A stretch of DNA of 64,000 nucleotides, taken from contig JAZRWH010000049.1 of the NCBI GenBank assembly GCA_045599585.1, forward strand, positions 1,510-65,509, written 5' to 3'. A program made the translations under genes and the position numbers. How positions within the stretch are numbered: the first letter of the stretch is position 1; each line of letters begins with the position of its first letter. The notes below the pieces were generated by a model, which was not told where the DNA came from, did no database searches, and saw nothing but the letters and a program-made list of their open reading frames with translations. Below are positions 47,232 to 56,691 of this stretch, in pieces. This stretch comes from Myxococcota bacterium. Lineage in GTDB: Bacteria > Myxococcota_A > Bradymonadia > UBA4248.

Positions 47232-47244
47232 ATAAAAGCAAAAT

Positions 47245-48396
47245 CTAGGCATCATCTATCTTAAGTGTTTCAAACAGTTCATTTATTATTTTTGTCTCAT
47301 CTTCATTTAAACTTCTACCGTACTGCGCATTGCAAAGTGATTGAATGTACTCGATCGGCGTTTTTTTCTTTTCGGGAGTATGAAAAAGCGCCTCAGTATT
47401 GCCTAAACGACTTTCATAGTTAAGGCACATCCACTTTTTATAATATTCGCGGAGAGCGCTCGCAGCGTTTTCAACGCGCTGCGTATCAGTCAATGTAATT
47501 TCAAAATAATCCTCTTCATGACCATTTTGTAAATATTTATCGCGCATTTCATGTGAAATCAGTTCATCGAAAGTCCCTTTAATGCGCACCAAATCTCGTT
47601 TTGGAATGAGTGGAATGGTACGAATCTTTATTTCTTTACCGACATCCACAATCGTAACTGATTTTTCATGATCCACCTCAGAAAATGAATACTTAAGCGG
47701 AGACCCAGCATAGCGAACAGTTTCTCGTTTAATATATTGTGGTCCATGCAAGTGCCCAAGCGCAACATAATCGAACGGATCAAACACATCGGCATCAATA
47801 TTATCTAGAGTGCCGACACTCAAATCCTCAGAATCGCACGGCTCAGCCGATGTAATAAACTGGTGGACGAGTGCAATGTTACGGTGCCCCTCAACAAAAT
47901 TTAGGTGACTGACAAGCACACGCATCGCATCCGTGTATGTGGAAATGCTTTCAGCCTCTTCGGGCCACGCATGTTTCACATCAGCAGAACGCACAAATGG
48001 AATCATCCAAACATCCACGTCCACCTCAGTATCATGAAGCGTTACAGGAGCAATCACCTTGTTTTCGGGAGAGTAACACGGAGAAATATGCACACCACTA
48101 CGATTGAATATTTTCGAGCCAAAAGCCAATTTTTCTGAAGAATCGTGGTTTCCAGAAATAATAAACACTACCTTTTTTAATAAAAATAGTTTCGTCAAAA
48201 AATCATCAAACAGCGACACAGCCTCATTCGTAGGCACTGGAGTATCATAGACATCACCTGCAATTAAAAATCCATCCACACCATTGGCTTCTGCCAGACT
48301 GAGAATTTGATCCAAGATATACCTCTGATCATCAATCATGGAATAGCCATTCACGCGTTTTCCAATGTGAAGATCTGCCAAGTGCATCAATCGCAT
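47245..48396 (-). CDS. sbcD: exonuclease SbcD (Mre11-like phosphoesterase)
   Basis: MRLMHLADLHIGK, GDVYD, GNHD and HLHG phosphoesterase motifs. Confidence 0.92.
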   Translation of the reverse strand: MRLMHLADLHIGKRVNGYSMIDDQRYILDQILSLAEANGVDGFLIAGDVYDTPVPTNEAVSLFDDFLTKLFLLKKVVFIISGNHDSSEKLAFGSKIFNRSGVHISPCYSPENKVIAPVTLHDTEVDVDVWMIPFVRSADVKHAWPEEAESISTYTDAMRVLVSHLNFVEGHRNIALVHQFITSAEPCDSEDLSVGTLDNIDADVFDPFDYVALGHLHGPQYIKRETVRYAGSPLKYSFSEVDHEKSVTIVDVGKEIKIRTIPLIPKRDLVRIKGTFDELISHEMRDKYLQNGHEEDYFEITLTDTQRVENAASALREYYKKWMCLNYESRLGNTEALFHTPEKKKTPIEYIQSLCNAQYGRSLNEDETKIINELFETLKIDDA

Positions 48397-48750
48397 TATT
48401 CATCTCCTTCAATCAAATCATTAGCGCAGCTTTGCAAGACAGTCGTTTCAGCACGTCTGCAAAACGGGACACTTTTACGCATATTTTTCGCCTAAATCAT
48501 GTCACTTCGGGTGTAAAAGACCTATTTTACCCTCTCGATGGAGAATTATGCGTTAAACATTAGAAACTTTCAATAAAATTTTATTTATTTAATTCTTCTA
48601 ACAACCTGTATTTTAACCACTTTAGAAATTTTTTGTCGACCAAACCACATTTTTTGAGAACCAATGTATCCTTATTATTTCAATTGTGATACAATTACCA
48701 ACGATGCCTTCCTTTTAAGGCAGATCGGATGTGTTATTTGTGGGGTACTT

Positions 48751-49551
48751 ATGAAACTAACAATGCTTGGAACGGGCAATGCCCTTGTTACAAACTGTTA
48801 CAACACATGTTTTGTCCTAGAAGACAACCATCAATATCTGTTGGTTGACGGCGGTGGTGGTTCAGAGATTCTTGCGCGACTAAAACACGCCAATATCGAA
48901 TTGGCTTCGATTCACGATGTTTTTGTCACGCATAAACACATCGACCATCTCATGGGCATTGTGTGGGTCATTCGCGTCATATCTCAACTCATGAACAAAA
49001 ATGCTTATGACGGCAACCTCAACGTCTATGCACACGCAGAGCTCATCTCGCTTATCGAACAATTATGTCAGGCACTACTTGCGACGAAACAAATTCGAAA
49101 TATTGGTCAACGCATTCAATTAATACCAATAAAAGATGGCGAATCACGCAAAATTATTAATCATACCCTCACTTTTTTCGACATTCATTCTACGAAAGCC
49201 AAACAATTCGGGTTCATTTTCAGCCTTGAGAATGGCCGTAAACTTGTTTGCTGTGGCGATGAACCTTGCCCGCCTGAATGCGAATCAATGATCGAAAATG
49301 CAGACTGGCTTTTGCACGAAGCGTTCTGCCTTCATACCGAAATCGATATTCATAAACCCTACGAAAAAAATCACTCTACGGTTAGAGATGCCTGTCAACT
49401 CGCACAACGCTTGAATATTAAGAATCTCGTGCTTTATCATACCGAAGATTCCCATATTTTAATGCGAAAAGTTTTATATATTAACGAGGGCACTCGCTAT
49501 TACCACGGTCGTCTTTTTGTTCCGGATGACATGGAATGTATTATCATATAA
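48751..49551 (+). CDS. MBL-fold metallo-hydrolase (RNase Z-like)
   Basis: MKLTMLGTGNAL start. THKHIDH motif. The ORF-track extension from 48664 has no protein-like character. Confidence 0.85.
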   Translation: MKLTMLGTGNALVTNCYNTCFVLEDNHQYLLVDGGGGSEILARLKHANIELASIHDVFVTHKHIDHLMGIVWVIRVISQLMNKNAYDGNLNVYAHAELISLIEQLCQALLATKQIRNIGQRIQLIPIKDGESRKIINHTLTFFDIHSTKAKQFGFIFSLENGRKLVCCGDEPCPPECESMIENADWLLHEAFCLHTEIDIHKPYEKNHSTVRDACQLAQRLNIKNLVLYHTEDSHILMRKVLYINEGTRYYHGRLFVPDDMECIII

Positions 49552-49590
49552 CACTTATATAATATATACACAATTTTTATTTGGATTTCG

Positions 49591-49647
49591 GAGGGGGAAG
49601 TCTCCCCCTGAGCGGCTATTTGCACGCAAATACGCCGCTACCCTCTC
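49591..49647 (+). repeat. REP-like composite element, type A, short form
   Basis: GAGGGGGAAGTCTCCCCCTGAGCGGCTATTTGC-AC-GCAAATACGCCGCTACCCTCTC. Confidence 0.9.
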
Positions 49648-49717
49648 ATTTTTTTAATTCCATAACGAACCATTAAACGAATGAAATAGTACTTCAATGA
49701 CTAAACGAGGTTCAAGC

Positions 49718-52700
49718 ATGAAAAAAAATTATTGGCTCTGCGCTTTTTTGGCCGCAACATTGTGCCAATCAGCATGTAGCGATGATTCAAGTTCTTCACA
49801 CGAAACAGCGTTTTGTGGAAATGGCGTCGTTGAACAGAATGAAACTTGCGACGACCATAACACAACAGACGGTGATGGTTGTTCTGCCGTATGTCGAACA
49901 GAACCTCACTACAATTGTCCTCCCCTCGGCGGAAGTTGTACGATAATCCCCGGTCTTCCCCCAGATAATATCGACGATCCCAATCACACCGATATTCCAG
50001 ATCCCCCCACGAATACCTGTGGTAATGCTCAACTTGACAATGACGAAGCATGTGACGACGGCAACACTAAAAATGGCGATGGCTGTTCCAGCAAGTGCGA
50101 AATTGAAGCTGGTTTCGAGTGCTCTGAGCCGGGTAAAGCTTGTCAAAAATTACCTGAATGCGGAAATGGTATCCTTGAATCAGGCGAAGAATGTGATGAC
50201 CACAACACGGATTCCGAAGACGGATGCTCCCAAAACTGCCAGATTGAAGACGACTATCGTTGTCCAATCGAAGGAGAAGCTTGTGCACGCATAGAATGCG
50301 GGGATGGTGAGCTTCAGGAAGAAAACGGAGAAGTTTGCGACGACGGTGAGTATAACGTCGACTACGCTCCAAGCGATGGTTTTTGCGGCCAAAACTGCAA
50401 GCCAGCCCATTACTGTGGTGATGGCTTATGGGATGAAATCGACAAGCTTAACGGGGAAGAATGCGATGACGGTGGCGATACATCAACGCTGTATAACGGC
50501 TGTTCCACCGCTTGCAAGCGCGTCAATTACTGCGGTGATGGTTCAATTTCTCATGATGAACAATGTGACGACGGAAATTTAATCGATGGCGATGGGTGCT
50601 CAAGTACCTGCCTCTATGAAGCTGGTTTTTCCTGTATTCAAACCAATGGTAAAACAGAATGCAAACCCATCCCATGTGGAAACGCCATACTTAATGAAAA
50701 TGAAGCTTGCGATGACGGCAACCGCATTTCCGGCGACGGCTGCAGCGCAGCCTGCCTCATCGAATCTGGTTTTTTATGCGAACAAAATGAAGATGGGCTG
50801 TCTGTCTGCAAGTCTACAATCGGAAACGGTATTTTGGACACAGATGCCGGTGAAGATTGTGACGATGGAAACACACTCGACGGCGATGGGTGCTCTTCAA
50901 AGGGCGGCATAGAACCAGGTTGGATCTGCATAACCCCCGGGAAACCCTGTATGGCACGCGCCTGTGGTGACGGTATAAAGGCACTCGGTGAAGAATGTGA
51001 TGACGGAAATACACTCGACGGCGATGGATGCTCATACCGATGCAAAATCGAAAAAGGTTTCAGCTGTCCTGCAGCAAATCAACCCTGCATTGCAGGCACA
51101 TGCGGTGACGGCAAGATTCAAAAAGGCGAAGAGTGTGATGATGGAAATACAGACAGTGATGACGGCTGTTCAGCTAATTGCACAATCGAACCCTATTATG
51201 AATGTCAAGTGAATGGCGGAAGCTGTCAAAAAACAGATTGTGGTGACGCTTCGATACAACCAACACCTGGTTATGTCTCTTACGAATCATGCGACCTTGG
51301 AACCCCTAACAACGACGGCACACAAGGCTGCAGCAACGAATGTACAATCATAAAAGGCTGGCACTGCGATTCCAATGGCCAAAATTGTAGCCAAGGCGTT
51401 TGCGGCGACGGAATACTGGATGCGGGTGAAGAGTGTGACGACGGTAACACAACACCTACCGACGGTTGTTCTCCATCCTGTAAACGCGAAACAGGTATCG
51501 AATGCAACAATGGCATTTGCAAACCTATATGCGGCGACGGCGTTACCATGTGGATGCTCGCCCCGTCCATTGCAGAAGAGTGCGATGATGGAAATCTTAT
51601 CTCTGGCGACGGTTGCTCCGCTGATTGCAAAATCGAACCAGGTTTTACGTGTACCGATTTCAAAGCAGCAGAACTTCCCCCTGTTATCTCGCTCCCCATC
51701 ACTTACCGAGACTTCAAAGGCCGAGATGAATCCGGAACTGCTGATGGAACAAATGGGCTAGGCACCAAAGACTTTGTCGATGCCGTTATCGCCGACGATC
51801 CAGAATGCGCACGTTTCTCCGAAGACGGTAAAACATGCCACCCAGGCTTTTATCCTAATTACGGACATCCTGATTTTAACAGCAACCTCGGACTAGGACT
51901 CGCCAGCTACACGGGCAGTGGCTGGAAAGCCGGTGACAAAGGCGAACTCGTTGAACTTGATCTCAGTGCTGAAGAAAAACCCGTTCTCAAAACAACTGGA
52001 AAAAAACAGTGCGTAGGCGGGTACGGTTATAGACAAGTCACATGTAATGCTTCATTTAATATGTGGTATCGTGATGTCCCCATGTACAATAAAACGTATC
52101 AGCACAAACTCAATTTGTGGATCACGGATCCCAAAACAGGCACCTATTACTTTACAAGTGATAAACCCAACTCTAATGGCGCCGTTAACACTTGTGTTGA
52201 TGGAACAACAAAATTAACCAACGGTATGTTCTCGCCTTTGAGCAATGCTGGATTCGGAAATACCCCAAAACAATCTGGAAATAACTTCGGTTTTACGTCT
52301 GAAATTAAAACTTATTTCCAGTATAAAGGTGGCGAAAAATTAACCTTTACGGGGGATGATGACGTTTGGGTATTTATTAATAATCACCTTTTTGTTGATC
52401 TCGGCGGTATGCACGGCGGAATCGGGACAGCTAATAATACGCTCAAAGCCGAAAAATTCGTATCAGGCAAAGATCAAAATGGTCAGGATATCATCATTAA
52501 TTATGACCCTGAGTTTGATGTTTATGAAGGTGGTATCTACCCCATTCACCTCTTCCAAGCCGAAAGAAGTCCTTCTGGTTCAAACTTCAGCCTTACACTT
52601 TCGGGATTTGTTAATACTGGTACAGCAGCATGCTCAACACCTTGTGGCGATGGTATCGTTCGCGGCGGCGAAGAATGTGACTACGTCGGAATTAACACGA

Positions 52701-53380
52701 ATGTTGCACTTCAACACGAAAAAGGCTGTTCCGCTGACTGTAAACTTTCTCCTTACTGCGGTAATGGCAAAATAGAATCTGGCGAACAATGCGACGAAGG
52801 TGAAAATGGCTCTGATTGGTGTTCTGCCAAAACATGCAAACTTAATCCCGATACGTGCGGAAACGGCAAACTCGACGAACATGAACAGTGTGATTACGCT
52901 ATTACGGATAAATCCTCCCCCGATTATCGTGATGGCTGCCTGAACACCTGCCGCATTTCAGGCTGTGGCGACGGCATCGTAGATAGTGCTGCCGGAGAAG
53001 AGTGTGATGACGCCAACGATTCTAACGAAGATAGCTGCACAACAAGTTGCAAACGTCCAACTTGCGGCGATGGTATCGTTCAGAGCTTCTTAGGCGAAAT
53101 TTGTGACGATGGCATCAACGACGGCGGATATGGTCACTGCGGCCTTGGATGTGCGTATCTTCCCCCCTTCTGTGGTGATGGCATCGTATCATCTGCTAAT
53201 GAAGCCTGTGACGATGGTAAAAATGACGGTTCCTACGGAGGATGTATGCCAGGATGCCAACAGCGAGCCCCTTATTGTGGTGACGGTATCGTCCAGGACG
53301 CCTTCGGAGAAGAATGCGACCCTGCTGACACGACTTCTTCAGTCAGCTGCTCGCTCGATTGCTCACTTGCTATTTTATAA
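49718..53380 (+). CDS. 1,220-aa lipoprotein: two blocks of Myxococcus-type cysteine-rich repeats (DUF4215) flanking a fibro-slime/PA14-like domain
   Basis: GAGG SD and lipobox CQSAC. Over 15 units of CGNG..E.GE.CDDGN...GDGCS..C..E. Central ITYRDFKG...GHPDFN...FTGDDDVWVFINNHLFVDLGGMH (about nt 51674-52622). Confidence 0.9.
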   Translation: MKKNYWLCAFLAATLCQSACSDDSSSSHETAFCGNGVVEQNETCDDHNTTDGDGCSAVCRTEPHYNCPPLGGSCTIIPGLPPDNIDDPNHTDIPDPPTNTCGNAQLDNDEACDDGNTKNGDGCSSKCEIEAGFECSEPGKACQKLPECGNGILESGEECDDHNTDSEDGCSQNCQIEDDYRCPIEGEACARIECGDGELQEENGEVCDDGEYNVDYAPSDGFCGQNCKPAHYCGDGLWDEIDKLNGEECDDGGDTSTLYNGCSTACKRVNYCGDGSISHDEQCDDGNLIDGDGCSSTCLYEAGFSCIQTNGKTECKPIPCGNAILNENEACDDGNRISGDGCSAACLIESGFLCEQNEDGLSVCKSTIGNGILDTDAGEDCDDGNTLDGDGCSSKGGIEPGWICITPGKPCMARACGDGIKALGEECDDGNTLDGDGCSYRCKIEKGFSCPAANQPCIAGTCGDGKIQKGEECDDGNTDSDDGCSANCTIEPYYECQVNGGSCQKTDCGDASIQPTPGYVSYESCDLGTPNNDGTQGCSNECTIIKGWHCDSNGQNCSQGVCGDGILDAGEECDDGNTTPTDGCSPSCKRETGIECNNGICKPICGDGVTMWMLAPSIAEECDDGNLISGDGCSADCKIEPGFTCTDFKAAELPPVISLPITYRDFKGRDESGTADGTNGLGTKDFVDAVIADDPECARFSEDGKTCHPGFYPNYGHPDFNSNLGLGLASYTGSGWKAGDKGELVELDLSAEEKPVLKTTGKKQCVGGYGYRQVTCNASFNMWYRDVPMYNKTYQHKLNLWITDPKTGTYYFTSDKPNSNGAVNTCVDGTTKLTNGMFSPLSNAGFGNTPKQSGNNFGFTSEIKTYFQYKGGEKLTFTGDDDVWVFINNHLFVDLGGMHGGIGTANNTLKAEKFVSGKDQNGQDIIINYDPEFDVYEGGIYPIHLFQAERSPSGSNFSLTLSGFVNTGTAACSTPCGDGIVRGGEECDYVGINTNVALQHEKGCSADCKLSPYCGNGKIESGEQCDEGENGSDWCSAKTCKLNPDTCGNGKLDEHEQCDYAITDKSSPDYRDGCLNTCRISGCGDGIVDSAAGEECDDANDSNEDSCTTSCKRPTCGDGIVQSFLGEICDDGINDGGYGHCGLGCAYLPPFCGDGIVSSANEACDDGKNDGSYGGCMPGCQQRAPYCGDGIVQDAFGEECDPADTTSSVSCSLDCSLAIL

Positions 53381-53673
53381 TATCAATCTCTAGTTTATAA
53401 CTATGAGGGGTAAGTCTCGATAGTGTTTATGGCGCCGCCTAGAAGCTGCTTCAAAAGACCGCCCCTCCAAAACATCACATAGTGCTCAGCATATAACGAA
53501 ACAGCCTCAAACAGGCCTGAGTATTCGAGAAAACTCCGATTGTAAAAAAAGCCTCCGGATCGCCCGATTCAATGACTCAAGCATGTTTGAGGCTAAAGTT
53601 TTTCTAGGGCTTTGTTTACGGATATCACATCGATTACAAGACCACATCCGAGGATAAGATTAATAATATCCCC

Positions 53674-53698
53674 AAAAAAGGCGCATGATTAATGCGCC
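53674..53698 (-). terminator. intrinsic terminator after the 53758..54303 gene
   Basis: GGCGCAT-TAATC-ATGCGCC followed by T6 on the minus strand. Confidence 0.65.
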
Positions 53699-53757
53699 TT
53701 GCGGTAATTTATCATTTAATTTTTTGATACAATCATTTATTCAATGGATTTAAACGA

Positions 53758-54303
53758 CTATCGAAATGAAGATGGCGGCCCGTACACAGCCTTAGGAACG
53801 GGCATTCGATTTTGCATCTTTTTCATTTCTTCAAGTTCTTTATTTGTTATAGAACCAGACTTAGACTTAGTCGTTCTTTTTTTCTTTGAATCCTTCGGTG
53901 CTGGCTTTGCTTCTTCCGGCGTTGGCTTTAGATCTTCTGACGCCGGGACATCTGCATCCGGCAAAACACCATCAACCGAAGGCTTTTCCATCTCTGCCTC
54001 TGGCGTCTTGTTTGAATCATTCTCAATTGCATCCTCCCTTTCAAACGGAGGCGGACCATATATATCTAAGGGCTCTTGATCAATATCTTTGGGAACTTGA
54101 TCCTTATACTGGTCATAAAAAGGACCACTCTTGGAGCCTTCATCCGTCTTACCAGTTTCTTCAGCTGGATCACTAATTGGCGTAGGCTCTGCTGGTGGCG
54201 GACCATACATATTACCACTCGATCCAATTCTGTCACAGCCTGCTGCATAGAGAGACGTTATCGCACCTGCAATAATACTAATGAATTTCTTAATCATCTT
54301 CAT
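53758..54303 (-). CDS. acidic, proline-rich lipoprotein with three (M/I/V)YGPP motifs
   Basis: AGGAGA-N6-ATG at 54303. Lipobox YAAGC. NMYGPPP, DIYGPPP and AVYGPPS motifs. Confidence 0.8.
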   Translation of the reverse strand: MKMIKKFISIIAGAITSLYAAGCDRIGSSGNMYGPPPAEPTPISDPAEETGKTDEGSKSGPFYDQYKDQVPKDIDQEPLDIYGPPPFEREDAIENDSNKTPEAEMEKPSVDGVLPDADVPASEDLKPTPEEAKPAPKDSKKKRTTKSKSGSITNKELEEMKKMQNRMPVPKAVYGPPSSFR

Positions 54304-54541
54304 ATCCACTCTCCTGATTATTTCAAAAAAAGCATCTTAAATGCTTTTTTATACAATACTATAAACTATTATTTACGCAACTATTTTTCTATATAGATTC
54401 CAAAGTTCTAACAACAAAGCGATCCACCTGTCCACAAACAGTAAATACGCTCTTCAAACTTAAATCTTTGTTAAATACACTTTTAAAAGCATAGCGCATG
54501 CAGGGCAAACACGATTTATCTCAAAATATATTGTTTTAAAT

Positions 54542-54597
54542 GGGGGAAGGCCTTCCCCTGAGCGGCTATTTCTACGAAATACGCCGCTACCCCTTCT
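54542..54597 (+). repeat. REP-like composite element, type A, short form (variant G-hairpin)
   Basis: GGGGGAAGGCCTTCCCCTGAGCGGCTATTTC-TAC-GAAATACGCCGCTACCCCTTCTC. Confidence 0.85.
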
Positions 54598-54741
54598 CGC
54601 CTGCGGCGAGCACAAACGTCTCGCATTAGGTTAAGTTCGATCTATTTAGTAAATTGTCATTGCTGTAATACCTGCTATAATAATCTATGTCGTACATGAC
54701 GCGTCTTTTTAGTTTTAGTCATTCGTCGAGGAAGAAATAAT

Positions 54742-55731
54742 ATGCGCCTTTCCCCTTTCATTTGTTCGATCTATCTCGCCATTTCAACAGTCATGCTTCC
54801 CACCTCGGTCTCCGCGCAAGACGATGCTTCTACGCTTTGTCTCAAAGCCAAACAAGCTAAGGACAGCAACAACAGCGCTTTGACGTGTGATTTTGCACAA
54901 AAAGCGATTGATCTCGAAGGCGAATCCGCTTGCGGTGGCTCTGCCGTCCATTGGACATCGCTCTATTGCCGCAAAGCCCCTAAACCTGAGCACACGTTCG
55001 AATATGAATATGAATCGGATAATAATTCCAAAGGAAGATCCAAAGTACCTGCGCATAATCGCCCAATTCCTCAAGGCCCATTCAAAATTACGATCGATCC
55101 AAATCATTACAGCGAAATGGCTGAAGAAGATGCGTGTACCATGGCTGTCAAAGCAAAAATCCGTAAAGACTATGCCCAAGCATGTGAGTACGGACAGGTC
55201 GCTTATCTAAAAAGTGGCGATAAAGCGTGCCATGGTAAGGCTGTGTTTTATATCGATGATTATTGTAATAAAAACTATCCCCCCCAATCAACCAAGGAAT
55301 CCGGCCAATCATCAGACACACCGCATGCAGTTCCATCAAGCAGCGGTTTAAGCCTTGACGATATCTGTTCGCTCGTCGTCAAAGCAAAAATGAACAAAGA
55401 CTACGAAAAAACCTACGAATACAGCAAAAAAGCTGTTGAACTGGGCGGTACAAATGCATGCAACGGGAAGGCTACCGAGCAAATTCACAACGATTGCCAA
55501 GACAAAACGATTCCAAAACAGGTTAAACAACCTCAACCCAAACCGGAGCCAGCTCAACCTGTTGCCAATCAAGGCATGAGTACGGATGATCTTTGTTCTC
55601 TGGCTGTCAAAGCAAAAATACAAAAAAACACTGAAAAAGCCTGCGAATTCTACCAAAAAGCACTCAAAAAAGGTGGAAAACATGTATGCAAAGACAGCGC
55701 AGCAACTTATGTTTCAAGTTTTTGTAATTAA
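54742..55731 (+). CDS. secreted protein with four ~50-aa four-Cys modules
   Basis: GAGGAAG SD. Signal peptide ...PTSVSAQ. Repeated D.LC.LAVKAK..K....CE....A...GG..C.G.A......C units separated by linkers. Confidence 0.8.
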   Translation: MRLSPFICSIYLAISTVMLPTSVSAQDDASTLCLKAKQAKDSNNSALTCDFAQKAIDLEGESACGGSAVHWTSLYCRKAPKPEHTFEYEYESDNNSKGRSKVPAHNRPIPQGPFKITIDPNHYSEMAEEDACTMAVKAKIRKDYAQACEYGQVAYLKSGDKACHGKAVFYIDDYCNKNYPPQSTKESGQSSDTPHAVPSSSGLSLDDICSLVVKAKMNKDYEKTYEYSKKAVELGGTNACNGKATEQIHNDCQDKTIPKQVKQPQPKPEPAQPVANQGMSTDDLCSLAVKAKIQKNTEKACEFYQKALKKGGKHVCKDSAATYVSSFCN

Positions 55732-55788
55732 TATTTACAAAAAGTATCAATTACCTCCACGTATTCATAAATCATAACGATTAATAAC

Positions 55789-55819
55789 AAAAAAGGCTGT
55801 CTACCAGACAGCCTTTTTT
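55789..55819. terminator. bidirectional intrinsic terminator between convergent genes
   Basis: AAAAAAGGCTGTCT-ACC-AGACAGCCTTTTTT. Confidence 0.8.
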
Positions 55820-55911
55820 GTTAATGAATATCACTTCTCAAATCTAGCTGGCTCAACCCCATACAACGCTTTATACACGGGTCGGTCAGGCAGTTTTTGA
55901 AGCTGATCTAT

Positions 55912-56280
55912 TCAATCCTGAGAATCGTCCCCCACGGGCTGATCGTTCAACTCAGGCGGCATACCATAGAGAGCCATAATATGCTGATCAGCATCCACGG
56001 GATTCTCTTTAAGAATATCAGCCTCTTGGTTGTCTTGTACAGGCTGATCGTTCAACTCAGGCGGCATGCCGTAGATTGCCACGGGATAATCATCGTTTTC
56101 AGGCAAGTTTTCTTTAAGAATAGCGCCATCTGTATTGTCAGAGGGCGAAGCGTTATCCTTCGTGACATGGTCTGTCTCTTCGACATTTGAAGACTTAACG
56201 TTATTTTTTGAACAGCCAGAAACGATAAGCGCAACAGCAACGCCTGCGGCAATGCCAATGAATGATAAGATTTTCTTCAT
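55912..56280 (-). CDS. small acidic lipoprotein with two YGMPPELNDQPV repeats
   Basis: Lipobox VSGC. Near-identical ~40-nt DNA repeats around 55937-55975 and 56041-56080 encode (A/I)(L/I)YGMPPELNDQPV. Confidence 0.8.
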   Translation of the reverse strand: MKKILSFIGIAAGVAVALIVSGCSKNNVKSSNVEETDHVTKDNASPSDNTDGAILKENLPENDDYPVAIYGMPPELNDQPVQDNQEADILKENPVDADQHIMALYGMPPELNDQPVGDDSQD

Positions 56281-56635
56281 AGTAAAACTCCTTTATTTGA
56301 ATCAAGTGCACAAATTTATCACGAAGTGCATTGAAACGAATCGAGTGCAAGCCTATGCAGCAAGCTGCAATGGCAGTTACAGTATATGAATTTTGACACA
56401 AATACAATCAATAGAAGGCAAAAAGCGTTACACGCTTGCAAGACAAGTAACTGTAGTCAAACACGTGCGCGTACAGGTGTGCATAAAGTTAGTCTAGACA
56501 CGTATAGATACGTAACAAAGAAGCACGATTGAGCATGGCCCACGCATCGAGAAAGCGACGCGTATGGACGGCCCGCAGGGCCGGAGAAGCGGCGCCAAAC
56601 GCGGCGTATTGAGCGGAAACGCGAAAAGCCGCGTC

Positions 56636-56663
56636 AAAAAAAAGGCCGCCCCGAAGAGCAGCC
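56636..56663 (-). terminator. intrinsic terminator after the 56692..58623 gene
   Basis: Minus strand reads GGCTGC-TCTTCGGG-GCGGCC followed by T8. Confidence 0.7.
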
Positions 56664-56691
56664 TTATAGGATTATGAAATGAAGATATGGA

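Noticed and set aside
53405-53468. GAGGGGTAAGTCTC...GACCGCCCCTCC resembling a type A element
   Set aside because: Only the outer G/C blocks are retained. The CTAT/ATACG hairpin is missing. It is too degenerate to call and may be a decayed copy.
54325-54352. A/T-rich hairpin AAAAAAAGCAT-CTTAA-ATGCTTTTTT
   Set aside because: It looks like a bidirectional terminator but sits in a divergent promoter region where no transcript should end. The stem is almost entirely A-T.
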